DNA of 64,000 nt, taken from the NCBI GenBank assembly GCA_965116925.1, contig OZ220744.1:3456001-3520000 (forward strand). The letters are read 5' to 3'. Below are positions 9,927 to 20,554 of this stretch, piece by piece. The notes beneath the pieces are model-generated. The model saw only the letters and a program-made list of their open reading frames with translations. It did not search any database and was not told where the DNA came from. The translations under genes were made by a program, and so were the position numbers. The first letter of the stretch is position 1, and each line of letters opens with the position of its first letter. The DNA comes from Candidatus Poribacteria bacterium. Its GTDB lineage: Bacteria > Poribacteria > WGA-4E > PCPOR2b.

Positions 9927-10385
9927 TTAGCGTGGCTTCGTCCGAAATTTCATCTGTGTGTTCACGGCATTACATGCGGAACCTTGAGCATATATTTGAA
10001 GCCAGTACTCAGTGTTGTATTCCAACAATCGACTGTCCTCCATAGGCATAAGATGGATTTGGTTTCCAATGTCCCAGTCATCAACGATATCGCGAGGGGA
10101 CCAATTGGGAAGTTCACCGGCAATACGCCCAAATACAACGTAGTACATACTAAGAGGTTCTGTAAATTCGATGATAATTCCGTCGCGATTCAACAGTTCA
10201 GGATCGGCATCAACCTCGCCGTCAAGCACGTTACCGCCTACGATTTGCGGCGGAGCGATGGGTTCCTCTTCTATCACAACGGGTGGTGTTTCTTCGATAA
10301 TAGGCTCTGGCTCTTCGATAATGGTTGTCTCGTTGCCGCAGCCGAGAACCAGAATAACGAACATCAAGAGAGAAAGTTTTTTCAT
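9927..10385 (-). CDS. Lipoprotein L3, single Ig-like domain
   Basis: LVLGC lipobox; paralog of L10 (shared WSPRDIVD.WDIGNQ.HLMPMEDSRLLEYNT). Confidence 0.8.
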   Translation of the reverse strand: MKKLSLLMFVILVLGCGNETTIIEEPEPIIEETPPVVIEEEPIAPPQIVGGNVLDGEVDADPELLNRDGIIIEFTEPLSMYYVVFGRIAGELPNWSPRDIVDDWDIGNQIHLMPMEDSRLLEYNTEYWLQIYAQGSACNAVNTQMKFRTKPR

Positions 10386-11566
10386 GGGATACCTCCTGAA
10401 GAATAATGCGTAAGAGGAAACGGAACGGCAATCTCCGTTCCCTACGAAGGGTAGGTCTTAAATAATTACATGCCGTTCACTTCGATTTGTTTCAAAAAAA
10501 GAGGGAGGCTCTCTGGAACGATTGAAGGATTTTTAGATGCCACTGTTGCAATTACTACTTTGCGATGGGCGTTTACCAACTTCTCTTGAGAGAGATACTG
10601 ACGTGCCTACAGCACAGGTTCGTAATTGGGGTTAATATGGAAAATCAACGAAGTCACACGCTGTCCACTATGACTTTTACAGCATTTTGAGATGACCCCC
10701 GTGATGCGGGGAGAGCTGCCAAAACGGCGGAATCAGAGGGAAGGCAATGGCAATTTATAGAGACGGAAAATTGGTAGGCGTGGGAGGGAACATTGCCCCA
10801 ACGATCTTCACCGATGGTGTGACGCTGGAAGGCGATGGCTCGAAGAACAACCGGGTGCGGGTGAAGAACGCTGGAATTAACACCGTCCATCTTGGCGAGA
10901 ATGCCGTAACCTTGGCGAAGCTAGCGCAGGGTGAAGCGAATCGGGTGCTTGTATACGATAGCACCGGGGCACTGGTCAAGGGGCAGAGGTATGCCCCCAA
11001 AGCAGTTTGGTGGGGCTTCAAGCAAAGGGGTCGTGTTGAGCCACAGCGAGCATTTTCAGCAGATTATGCCCATACCGCAATTCTGAGGTTCAAGAAATCA
11101 ACCCCCGATGAGAACTATTTTGGTGGCGATAGCTTGGGCACTATTATGCAAGGCACCCCGGCACCGGGCAGTTTCATTAGTGCAAAGGTGGATACGGGTT
11201 ATCCCGGTGGGGCTAATGCGATCCTCACGTTACACGCCAACCAGTTTTTCCAACTACCGGCAGGGGTTTGGAACCTATTTTGTCATGTGGATGATTCCAG
11301 TGCCGGTGGAGCAGATGGGCACCTGTCATTGATGCAAATCAGGAGCGGCAACGATGATATGGTGTTATTTCACACGGCAGGTTGGCAAAATTCATCGGCG
11401 TTAGGTGGAAGCACCTATAATTTGAGCGTCCCCTTGCTGCCAACAGATGGTACAGAGTATTTTTATCTTCGTTTCCGGAAATCAAGCAGCGGTAGTGCTA
11501 ACTATGCCTACTTTTTGGTGTTGGAGAAGTTGCAGTGAGACGTGATGCGTGAAAGAGAACACGCCC
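10381..11566. repeat. About 1.2 kb segmental duplication (second copy about 15259-16479)
   Basis: Intergenic element, peptidase stub, DUF2292 3' half and fibre-like gene all recur in the same order. Confidence 0.85.
10747..11538 (+). CDS. Phage tail-fibre/appendage-like protein, copy A
   Basis: TDGVTLEGDGS...GINTVHLGENAVTLAKL fibre-type segment and beta-rich C-terminus; 263 aa. Confidence 0.55.
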   Translation: MAIYRDGKLVGVGGNIAPTIFTDGVTLEGDGSKNNRVRVKNAGINTVHLGENAVTLAKLAQGEANRVLVYDSTGALVKGQRYAPKAVWWGFKQRGRVEPQRAFSADYAHTAILRFKKSTPDENYFGGDSLGTIMQGTPAPGSFISAKVDTGYPGGANAILTLHANQFFQLPAGVWNLFCHVDDSSAGGADGHLSLMQIRSGNDDMVLFHTAGWQNSSALGGSTYNLSVPLLPTDGTEYFYLRFRKSSSGSANYAYFLVLEKLQ

Positions 11567-11598
11567 CACGACCGTGGAGCCACTTTTGCGCTTCATAC

Positions 11599-12471
11599 TT
11601 AGGGCTTTGGCTTTGTTGCAAACACTATCTTGAAATCCGAGGTCCAACATTGGAAATCCTGAACGAAGATATCAATTTCGTATACGGTATCGAATTCCAA
11701 CAACGGGACTCCCTCGGCGGGGGTTATCTGTATACGTCTTTCCATATTCTCGCGCTCAACTAGACCGCGAGGTAACCAACCGAGAGACGCACCCTTATGA
11801 AGCCGGAGGTCAATCTCATACTTTCTGATAGGTTCATTAAATTCAAAATGAATACCATTTGCATTGAGCGGTTCAGGGTCAACGTCAGCCTGTCCACCAA
11901 ACACAGGGGCATCCACAACGAATGGAACACCGGGCTCGAACCGGAAGCGTTCACCTAATGCCACAACGGGTATCCGTTCTTGCATCGCGGGTTCTGGTTG
12001 CCTGACCACAGATCTCTGCGGCTTTGTCCGAAACTGTATCACGATATCTGTGTAATCGCAGTCATAATTTTGAGCGATTATCACAATCTCATACTCGGTG
12101 TCGTGTTTGAACATGCCGGCATCAACGCCATGGATGGGCCATATAAACACATGTTCTGTCTTTCCCCATCGGTGAGCTTCAGGAGAGTCCCAAAGGAGGC
12201 GCGTGCCGTCCTTCTCTCGGAGCGTAACCGAATGCCTATAGACAGGTTCCTTAAATACAAAGAGAAATCCGTCGCTCAACAGTTCAGGATCAACATTAAC
12301 CTCTCCGTGTTTCACGGTGCCTTTTGCAACTAGTGGGTGACCGATAGGTTCATCTTCCATCACAACGGGTGGTGGTTCTTCGATAACAGGTTCTGGTTCC
12401 TCGACTATAGGCGTTTCGGTGCCGCAGCCGAGTATCAGGATAACGAACATCAAGAGAGAAAGTTTTTTCAT
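11599..12471 (-). CDS. Lipoprotein L4, two Ig-like domains
   Basis: LILGC lipobox; close paralog of L7. Confidence 0.8.
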   Translation of the reverse strand: MKKLSLLMFVILILGCGTETPIVEEPEPVIEEPPPVVMEDEPIGHPLVAKGTVKHGEVNVDPELLSDGFLFVFKEPVYRHSVTLREKDGTRLLWDSPEAHRWGKTEHVFIWPIHGVDAGMFKHDTEYEIVIIAQNYDCDYTDIVIQFRTKPQRSVVRQPEPAMQERIPVVALGERFRFEPGVPFVVDAPVFGGQADVDPEPLNANGIHFEFNEPIRKYEIDLRLHKGASLGWLPRGLVERENMERRIQITPAEGVPLLEFDTVYEIDIFVQDFQCWTSDFKIVFATKPKP

Positions 12472-12600
12472 GATACCTCCTTGGGTTTATTAGTTCAGTT
12501 GAGGTAGGTAGGTCTTAAATAGTTACATCCCACTCACTGCGATTTGTTTCAAAAAAAGAGGACGGGGTTTTATCCGTGTCAACAACATAGGAGCAATCAA

Positions 12601-13362
12601 ATGCCATTAGCGATGGAGGGACCGCGCCCATTGAGTCCTTTGGAACGGGAGGCGTTTCGTTTGGTGTTTTGGGATTCAATTGATCCGTGCGATGTTTATG
12701 TATCAGTTTTTGATGATATTTACAGGGAAGGTGGATATTACAGTGGGGCTGGTAGTATTCAGATTAATAGATCGACGTTCCTAGATGCCAATCTGCATAT
12801 GAATTCGACACATGCGAATACGGATATATTGAAACCTGCGAATATACGGTGTCTATCTACGCTGATACATGAGTCTACACACCATTGGCAATGGACTCAC
12901 AAGAAGTATACAGATGCTGGACCCTACCGTCCTGTACCATATGACTTTAGTTTTGAAGAATTGCAGAAACTGAAATTTATGAAAGAATACCATGAGTTCG
13001 ATCCCCTGTTACCGTCAGAAAAGCCCCTGCCAGAGGGTCACGAGCTCCTGAAAGAGCAACATGCAGCCGCAGCCCAAGTTTATTTTGTCATTGCTTGGCA
13101 GTTGGAACATTCCTCTGATCGTTTAGTGAATCTTACAGAGGGGGCTACGGGTAAGAACATTGTTGGGCCGGTAGAACGTTATCACAGAATTCATGCTATC
13201 CCGGATGCCCATCCACTTGATCCCGTTCCACCTGCCCATCCATTTAATCCCGCTCCGCCTGGACGTAGGGTGTCTCGCCAATATGCAATAGATATAGCCA
13301 ATGATTTTAATGTGTATCTAGTTGATTTGCGTTCTGGAGGACAAAAACAATGGGCTGGTTGA
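12601..13362 (+). CDS. HExxH metallopeptidase-like protein P2
   Basis: MPLAMEGPRPLSPLERE; LIHESTHHWQ; KEQHAAAAQ; RBS AGGAG. Confidence 0.8.
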   Translation: MPLAMEGPRPLSPLEREAFRLVFWDSIDPCDVYVSVFDDIYREGGYYSGAGSIQINRSTFLDANLHMNSTHANTDILKPANIRCLSTLIHESTHHWQWTHKKYTDAGPYRPVPYDFSFEELQKLKFMKEYHEFDPLLPSEKPLPEGHELLKEQHAAAAQVYFVIAWQLEHSSDRLVNLTEGATGKNIVGPVERYHRIHAIPDAHPLDPVPPAHPFNPAPPGRRVSRQYAIDIANDFNVYLVDLRSGGQKQWAG

Positions 13363-13429
13363 ATCCACCTTATCCTTCTAGTTTCAGCATAGGAGTTTTT
13401 GCTGACATAAACAGCATAGGAGAAATCAA

Positions 13430-14320
13430 ATGCCATTAGCGATGGAGGGAACTCGTGTCTTGAGTCCTTTAGAGCGAGATGCAGTTAAATTAGTGTTTAA
13501 GGACGCAATTGACCCGTGGGATATTAGCTTGACGGTTGTTGAGTCTCTTGAAATTGAGTTGGAGAGGCATGCCTTGCTAGATATTAACAAAAGAGTTGGC
13601 AATCAGTTTAGACCGCTGTCATCTATTCAACCACAGGAAATTATCGATCGGATTAAACAGCCACCACCTATTGAACAGCAATTACCACCAATTGAACGGC
13701 AGCCGGCAACATTTAACCAATCGGTACAGGCGGCTTCTACCTACGATGGTGATGGAAAAATTAGGATTAGCAGGTCTGCCTTCCCGCATACCGATGCTCT
13801 GAATATAAATTCGACTCGTGCGGATACGACGATATTCAAGCCTGCGAATATGCACTATCTATCTACATTGATACATGAGTGCACCCACTACTGGCAAGAG
13901 GTGTATGGTCGACACACATTCTACAAGAATTTCTACGATTTTACTCGATATCAATTGCTGAAACGGGATGTCCCGGAGCTCTCGGCAAACCAACATGCGT
14001 CTGCGGTCCAAATCTATTTTTTAATTGAGTGGCAGTTGGCGCACCGGCCAAAAGGTTCTGATGTAAACCTGACGAGTCGGTCACCAAATCCAGAGCATAA
14101 TGTAGGACCTGTAGATCGTTTTCGTAATATTGACATGCGTATCCATAATTCGGGTAAAGGCACTTCGCGTATTGTTAAATATCAACATGCGCGTGAATCG
14201 ATACACAATTATTTTGGTTGGCTTCTTGTTGAGTTGCGGTATGGATGGAAAGCAGTTTGTCAGGGAAAGGAGTCGTTCGCGAAAAACAAACGCCAAGCTT
14301 GGGTGCCCACTTGGGCTTGA
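13430..14320 (+). CDS. Metallopeptidase paralog P3 (long form; putative third-ligand Glu replaced by Asn)
   Basis: LIHECTHYWQ but ANQHASA instead of EQHASA; Pro/Gln-rich insert. Confidence 0.75.
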   Translation: MPLAMEGTRVLSPLERDAVKLVFKDAIDPWDISLTVVESLEIELERHALLDINKRVGNQFRPLSSIQPQEIIDRIKQPPPIEQQLPPIERQPATFNQSVQAASTYDGDGKIRISRSAFPHTDALNINSTRADTTIFKPANMHYLSTLIHECTHYWQEVYGRHTFYKNFYDFTRYQLLKRDVPELSANQHASAVQIYFLIEWQLAHRPKGSDVNLTSRSPNPEHNVGPVDRFRNIDMRIHNSGKGTSRIVKYQHARESIHNYFGWLLVELRYGWKAVCQGKESFAKNKRQAWVPTWA

Positions 14321-14378
14321 TTCACAGGCTGATTTTGACGCATATCCACTGGTGTACGGTTTCATCAATGTCGAGGGG

Positions 14379-15263
14379 TTACTCCCTCTTTGTAAAAAAT
14401 GTCAGACTCTTGCTCTCCCCTCCAATGCAGTGGTAACCCAATAGATACATGTCGAGGTGGTACGTTGCACCTTTTTGGAGCATAGAACACGCATACGGTG
14501 GTGGTGTCAGTTTCACTGTCCGTGGATTGCGCCATTCAGCAATCCAGCCAAGCGGTAAGCCATCTCTAAGATGGGAAGCCCATTCAAGGACATCAACCGT
14601 TTTAAGATCGTGATTAAATGCGATAAGGGTGAGGTCAAAGTCGCTCTCAGCAATGTTGCTATCAAACACGATATTGATTCCATGCCGATTCAACCATTCG
14701 GGGTCGACATCAATCCATTCTTTTATGTTAATTGATTCAATGAAGGCTGGTTGGAAATCCAAAGCGGGTGCTGCTGGTACCGCGGGCTCTGTCGTAAAGG
14801 TGATCGTACCTTCAGTTTTCCAAGAACTGAAATCCTGAACAACAAAATCAATGACATAAGTAGTGCCATTGTTAAGCCTGTCACACGGATTTGGTGGAGT
14901 CAATTTTACCGCTTGTCCATCTGGATGCCACTCTGTCTTCCAGTTAAGCGAATAGCCTTCTTCATGAATTAGGTTGAAGTGAGATAGAGAGATTCGCTCA
15001 GAAAATGTGATAAGTACTCCGTCACGATTCAATGGTTCAGGGTCTACGTTAGTAGCACCATCGGCGACGCTACTTTCTGTAATGACCGGTACTAAGATGT
15101 CCAAAGATTCCGCCGCTTGAGACAGTTGATCTGCAATGGCTTGGATTTCGGCGAGATCTACGTTCGGTTCTTCGATAACGGGTGGAGGCTGCTCGACCAC
15201 AGGCGTTTCGGTGCCGCAGCCGAGTATCAGGATAACGAACATCAGTAGAGATAGGTTTTTCAT
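14379..15263 (-). CDS. Lipoprotein L5, two Ig-like domains
   Basis: LILGC lipobox; close paralog of L8. Confidence 0.8.
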   Translation of the reverse strand: MKNLSLLMFVILILGCGTETPVVEQPPPVIEEPNVDLAEIQAIADQLSQAAESLDILVPVITESSVADGATNVDPEPLNRDGVLITFSERISLSHFNLIHEEGYSLNWKTEWHPDGQAVKLTPPNPCDRLNNGTTYVIDFVVQDFSSWKTEGTITFTTEPAVPAAPALDFQPAFIESINIKEWIDVDPEWLNRHGINIVFDSNIAESDFDLTLIAFNHDLKTVDVLEWASHLRDGLPLGWIAEWRNPRTVKLTPPPYACSMLQKGATYHLDMYLLGYHCIGGESKSLTFFTKRE

Positions 15264-15659
15264 GGGATACCTCCTGAAGAATAATGCCCCGATAAATCGG
15301 GACAGACTGTGAAATGTGATGCGTAAGAGGAAACGGAACGGTGATTTCCGTTCCCTACGAAGCGTAGGTCTTTAATAGTTACATGCCATTCACTTAGATT
15401 TGTTTCAAAAAAAGAGGGAGGCTCTCTGGAACGATTGAAGGATTTTTAGATGCCACTGTTGCAATTACTACTTTGCGATGGGCGTTTACCAACTTCTCTT
15501 GAGAGAGATACTGACGTGCCTACAGCACAGGTTCGTAATTGGGGTTAATATGGAAAATCAACGAAGTCACACGCTGTCCACTATGACTTTTACAGCATTT
15601 TGAGATGACCCCCGTGATGCGGGGAGAGCTGCCAAAACGACGGAATCGGAGGGAAGGCA

Positions 15660-16451
15660 ATGGCAATTTATAGAGACGGAAAATTGGTAGGCGTGGGAGG
15701 GAACATTGCCCCAACGATCTTCACCGATGGTGTGACGCTGGAAGGCGACGGCTCGAAGAACAACCGGGTTCGGGTGAAGAACGCTGGAATTAACACCGTC
15801 CATCTTGGCGAGAATGCCGTAACCTTGGCGAAGATAGGGCAGGGTGAGGCGAATCGAGTGCTTGTGTACGACAGCACCGGTGCGCTGGTGGAAGGGCAGA
15901 GGTACGCCCCCAAAGCGGTTTGGTGGGGCTTGAATCAAAGGGGTCGCATCGAGCCAAAGCGGCCGTTTTCTGCGGATTATGCCCAGACAGCAATTCTAAG
16001 GTTCAAGGGATCAACCCCTGATGAGATCTATTTCGGTGGCGATAGTTTAGACGATATTATGCAACCCGCTCCGACATCGGACAGTTTCATTGCTACAAAC
16101 GTGGATAAGGATTATCCCGATGGGAGCAATACCGACCTAACACTGCAAGCCAACGAGGTCTTCCAACTGCCAGCAGGGGTTTGGAATCTGTTTTGTCATG
16201 TGGATGATTCCAGTGCCGGTGGAGCAAATGGGCACCTGTCGCTGATGGGGGTCATGAGCGGCAACGATGATCTGATTTTATTCCATACAGCAGGACGGCA
16301 GAATGCATCGGCTTTAGGTGGAAGTACCTATAATTTGAGTGTGCCCTTGCTACGAACAGATGGTACGGAGTATTTCTATCTTCGTTTTCGGAAGTCAAGC
16401 AGCAGAAGTGCTCGGTATGCATATTTTCTATTGTTGGAGAAGTTGCAGTGA
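15660..16451 (+). CDS. Phage tail-fibre/appendage-like protein, copy B
   Basis: 263 aa; termini nearly identical to copy A, centre diverged. Confidence 0.55.
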   Translation: MAIYRDGKLVGVGGNIAPTIFTDGVTLEGDGSKNNRVRVKNAGINTVHLGENAVTLAKIGQGEANRVLVYDSTGALVEGQRYAPKAVWWGLNQRGRIEPKRPFSADYAQTAILRFKGSTPDEIYFGGDSLDDIMQPAPTSDSFIATNVDKDYPDGSNTDLTLQANEVFQLPAGVWNLFCHVDDSSAGGANGHLSLMGVMSGNDDLILFHTAGRQNASALGGSTYNLSVPLLRTDGTEYFYLRFRKSSSRSARYAYFLLLEKLQ

Positions 16452-16718
16452 GACGTAATGCGTGAAATAGAACACGCCCAATGGGGGAAATGGAGTAGGG
16501 CGGACGGCGATGAAGATTAACCAGTCCATCATCGAGCGTCAAGCGGAGCGGTTGACTGATGAACCCCAAGCGGCGGAGGTGCCGGAATCGTTGCCAGTCC
16601 AACCGATTGAAGGAGATGGCAATAATAGCGAAAGCCCTGCTGTGGAGTAGAATTGAGACGAGTATGGGTTAGCATTCACAAGAATGATTAACATCAACAA
16701 AAATAAGGAGAATTTATC

Positions 16719-17345
16719 ATGCCATTAGTTGTGCAAGGTCCTCGTTCATTTAGTCCTCTTGAGAGAGATGCGTTTGATCTGGTGTTTTGGGATTCGATTA
16801 ATGTGGCTGATTTGGAGATTCAGATTGTCGAAAGTTTGGAGGGGGCTTTTGCTCGGTATGACCGGGCAAATCGTAGAGTTCGCATTGCTGCTAACCAGTT
16901 TCCTCATACTGACAATTTGAATACTAATTCATATCGTGGGAACACGGATGAATTTAAGCCGGGAAATATGTGGTATCTCAATACACTGATCCATGAATGT
17001 ACGCATGATTGGCAAGCTGAGAAAAATCTATTCATGGCACCTCTTAAGGGAGAGTATAGCTTTACGAGAGAAGATTTATTGAGTTTATTCCTTGGCAGAG
17101 AACAACATGCGTCTGCTGCAGCCACTTGGTTTGTAATTGGCTGGCAGCTTCAGTATTCCAGTAATGACGTGAATCTGACGACATGGGCGGAAGAGACAAA
17201 GGTAGGAACTGTTAATCGCTATCGTCGGATTCATAATATTCCTCATAGTCAGGCGGAACCGCGTCAGCGTATCCTTTCTCAATCGGAAGCAGTCCCAATT
17301 GCGAATGATTTTGTGCGTCTGTTGAATCATTTACGGGAAGCCTGA
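16719..17345 (+). CDS. HExxH metallopeptidase-like protein P4
   Basis: MPLVVQGPRSFSPLERD; LIHECTHDWQ; REQHASAAA. Confidence 0.8.
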   Translation: MPLVVQGPRSFSPLERDAFDLVFWDSINVADLEIQIVESLEGAFARYDRANRRVRIAANQFPHTDNLNTNSYRGNTDEFKPGNMWYLNTLIHECTHDWQAEKNLFMAPLKGEYSFTREDLLSLFLGREQHASAAATWFVIGWQLQYSSNDVNLTTWAEETKVGTVNRYRRIHNIPHSQAEPRQRILSQSEAVPIANDFVRLLNHLREA

Positions 17346-17369
17346 GAAGTTGTCGCAGATTAAACGAGG

Positions 17370-18167
17370 TTATTCCTTTGTTGTTGTAAATGTGGCGTCG
17401 ATTTCGCTTGCCCAACAGTCGTAATCCCGAACAACCATAGCGATGACGTAGGTTCTATCATGTATAAGTATAGAACACAGATTAGGTGAGGTGAGTGTGA
17501 CTGTTCGTTGATCCGCGCTCCATTGGACGACCCAACCGAGCGATGGACCATCTTTAAGGCGTAGGTCAATCTGGGAGGTAGCGATAGGCTCATTAAATTC
17601 AAACCAGAGCCCATCTCGATTCAATGGGTTGGGATCAACAGGATCCCCAGGCAAGTTAGTTGACCTAAGCATAGGTTCTATAATATCAACAGATGGCGCA
17701 GTGCCTACAGGTTTGGGCTTTGTCCTAAATGTCAGGGAAATTTCGCTTACCTGACAGTCGTAATCCTGAATAATCATATCCACGACGTAGGTGCTATTGT
17801 GCAGAAGTGTAGCACACGCGTGGGGCGGGGTCAGCTCTACCCACGATCGGTTCGGTATCCAGTCAACTATCCAATTAAGTGATGGACCATCTTTAAGGCG
17901 TAAGTCAATCTGAGCGGCAGAGATACGTTCAGTAAATCCAACCCAAATCCCATCTCGATTGTATGTTTCAGGGTCAACAATATGACCATCACTCACGTTG
18001 CTCTGCAGAATCTTAGGTTCGTTCTCATTGGCTTGCACAAGCTGAGACAACATCTCAATGGCTGCTCCGTTCTGTTCTATAAGTGCTTTGTTTTCTTCTA
18101 AAAGCGGGTTTTCATTCCCACAGCCAAGAATCAGGATAGCGAACATCAATAGAAATAGCTTTTTCAT
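17370..18167 (-). CDS. Lipoprotein L6, two Ig-like domains
   Basis: LILGC lipobox; internal repeat QIDLRLKDGPSL.W occurs twice. Confidence 0.8.
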   Translation of the reverse strand: MKKLFLLMFAILILGCGNENPLLEENKALIEQNGAAIEMLSQLVQANENEPKILQSNVSDGHIVDPETYNRDGIWVGFTERISAAQIDLRLKDGPSLNWIVDWIPNRSWVELTPPHACATLLHNSTYVVDMIIQDYDCQVSEISLTFRTKPKPVGTAPSVDIIEPMLRSTNLPGDPVDPNPLNRDGLWFEFNEPIATSQIDLRLKDGPSLGWVVQWSADQRTVTLTSPNLCSILIHDRTYVIAMVVRDYDCWASEIDATFTTTKE

Positions 18168-18437
18168 GGGATACCTCCTGAAGAATAATGCGTAATGAGT
18201 GATGTGTAAGAGGAGACGGAACGGAGATCTCCGTTCCCTACAAAGGGTAAGTCTTAAATAGTTAATTGCAACCCATTCCGATTTACTTCAAAAAAAGGCA
18301 CTTGACCGCTGGACATGGCGAGGCGAAGGGTGCCTGAAGCGTCGCTAGTAGGGGTGAGTGAGGAAGATACTGATAATAGCGGCAACCGCGCTGAATCCGA
18401 CACTCTATAACCGCAGATCGGCTTTTGCGCTTCATAC

Positions 18438-19313
18438 TTAGGGCTTTGGCTTCGTGTGAAACACCATCTGGAAATTTCCGGGCCAACAGAAGAAATCCAT
18501 AACGAAAATATCAACCTCGTATGCGGTATCGAACTCCAACAATGGGGCTCCTTCGCCGGGCATTATTTGTATACGTTTTCCGATGTTCTCGTTATTAGCT
18601 AACCCGTGAGGTAACCAACCGAGGGACGCACCACCCTTAAGCCGGAGGTCAATTTTATACTTTTTGATAGCGTGGTTAAATTCAAATTGAATTCCATTTG
18701 CATTGAGCGGTTCCGGGTCGACGTTCTGCCCTCTAAAAGGCACGTCGGCAGCCACGAGTTGTGGCTCAATTATATCCAGCCGGAAGCGTTCACCTGATGG
18801 CACAGCGGGTATCCGTTTTTGTATCACAGGTTCTGGTTCCTCAATCACGGATCTCCGCGGCTTTGTCCAAAACTGTATCACTATCTTTAAGGTGTTGCAG
18901 TCAAAATTTTCAGTATATATTACAATCTCATACTCGGTGTCGTATTTGAACACGCCAGCGTTAACGCCATGGATGGGCCATATAAACACATGTTCTGTCT
19001 TTCCCCATCGGTGAGCTTCGTGAGAGTCCCAAAGGAGGTACGTGCCCTCCTTCTCTTGGACCGTAACCGAATGCCTATAGACAGGTTCCTTAAATACAAA
19101 GAGAAATCCATCGCGATTCAATGGTTCAGGATCAACATTCATTTCTCCGTGTTTCACGGTGCCTTTTGCAACTAGCGGGTGACCGATAGGTTCATCTTCC
19201 ATCACAACGGGCGGCGGTTCTTCGATAATAGGTTCTGGTTCTTCGACCACGGGCGTTTCGGTGCCACAGCCGAGAATCAGGATAGCAAACATCAAGAGAG
19301 CAAGTTTTTTCAT
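18438..19313 (-). CDS. Lipoprotein L7, two Ig-like domains
   Basis: LILGC lipobox; paralog of L4. Confidence 0.8.
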   Translation of the reverse strand: MKKLALLMFAILILGCGTETPVVEEPEPIIEEPPPVVMEDEPIGHPLVAKGTVKHGEMNVDPEPLNRDGFLFVFKEPVYRHSVTVQEKEGTYLLWDSHEAHRWGKTEHVFIWPIHGVNAGVFKYDTEYEIVIYTENFDCNTLKIVIQFWTKPRRSVIEEPEPVIQKRIPAVPSGERFRLDIIEPQLVAADVPFRGQNVDPEPLNANGIQFEFNHAIKKYKIDLRLKGGASLGWLPHGLANNENIGKRIQIMPGEGAPLLEFDTAYEVDIFVMDFFCWPGNFQMVFHTKPKP

Positions 19314-19499
19314 GATACCTCCTTTGATTCATTAAGGTTACGGCACGAGGGATCCCCGATTCATCGGGATTCAAAGCAACGTGCCTACTACTATAATGAG
19401 GTGGGTAGGTCTTAAATAATTACATGCCATTCACTTCGATTTGTTTCAAAAAATGAGGACGGGGTTTTATCCGTGTCAACAACATAGAATGTCGAGGGT

Positions 19500-20369
19500 T
19501 TACTCCGGCTGTGTAAAAAATATGAAACTCTTGGATTCCCATCCAAGGCAGTGGTAAGGCACTGTACCAATCACGAGGTAGTACGTTGCGCCTTTTTGGA
19601 GCATAGAACACGCATACGGTGGTGGTGTTAGGGTCACGGTCCGTGGATCGCTCCATTCGGTAATCCAGCCAAGTGTTAAGCCATCTAGAAGGGAGGGCCA
19701 TTCAAAGGGGTGAATCCTCTCAAGATCAAGGTTAAGTGCGATAAGGGTGAGATCAAAATAGCTTACAGCAATGTCCTGATCGAACACGATAGTGATTCCA
19801 TGCTGATTCAACGGTTCGGGGTCAACTCGATTATCTGCGTCAGTCCATTTCGCCATGTTAGTTGATTCAATTTGGGGACTAATGAAGTCCAAAGCGGGTG
19901 CTGCTGGCCACCCGGGTTTTGTACTAAATGTAATAGTGCCTTCAGTTTTCCAAGAACCGAAATCCTGAACAACGAAATCAATGACATAGGTAGCACCATT
20001 GCTAAGTATATTACACGGATTGGGTGGAGTCAGTTTTACCGTCTGTCCATCTGGATGCCACTCCATCTTCCAGCTAAGCGAGTAGCCTTCTTCGTAGCGT
20101 AGGTTAAAGTGAGATAGAGAAATCCGCTCATCAAATGTGATATGTATGCCATTACGATTCAGTGTTTCGGGGTCTACATCAGTGTCACCATCAGCGACGC
20201 TGCTTTCTGTAATGACCGGTGCTGAGAGGTCCAAAGATGCAGCTGCTTGGGACAGTTGGTCTGCAACGGCTTGGATTTCGGCGAGATCTTCGTTCGGTTC
20301 TGAGACCGGGTTTTCATTCCCGCAACCCAGAATCAGAAACACGAACAGGTATAGAGAAAGTTTTTTCAT
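19500..20369 (-). CDS. Lipoprotein L8, two Ig-like domains
   Basis: Start moved to ATG 20369 (RBS AGGAGG); LILGC lipobox. Confidence 0.8.
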   Translation of the reverse strand: MKKLSLYLFVFLILGCGNENPVSEPNEDLAEIQAVADQLSQAAASLDLSAPVITESSVADGDTDVDPETLNRNGIHITFDERISLSHFNLRYEEGYSLSWKMEWHPDGQTVKLTPPNPCNILSNGATYVIDFVVQDFGSWKTEGTITFSTKPGWPAAPALDFISPQIESTNMAKWTDADNRVDPEPLNQHGITIVFDQDIAVSYFDLTLIALNLDLERIHPFEWPSLLDGLTLGWITEWSDPRTVTLTPPPYACSMLQKGATYYLVIGTVPYHCLGWESKSFIFFTQPE

Positions 20370-20554
20370 AGGATACCTCCTTGGGTTCATTAGTTTAGTT
20401 AAGGTTACGGCACGAGGGATCGTGCCTACTACTAGAAGGTTCATTGGTTCAGTTGAGGTGGGTAGGTGTCAAATAGTTACATCCCACTCACTTCGATTTG
20501 TTTCAAAAAAAGAGGACGGGGTTTTATCCGTGTCAACAACATAGGAGAAATCAG

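Noticed and set aside
10747..16451. Diversity-generating retroelement acting on the duplicated fibre genes
   Set aside because: No reverse transcriptase in the window, and differences are not confined to adenines or to a C-terminal variable repeat.
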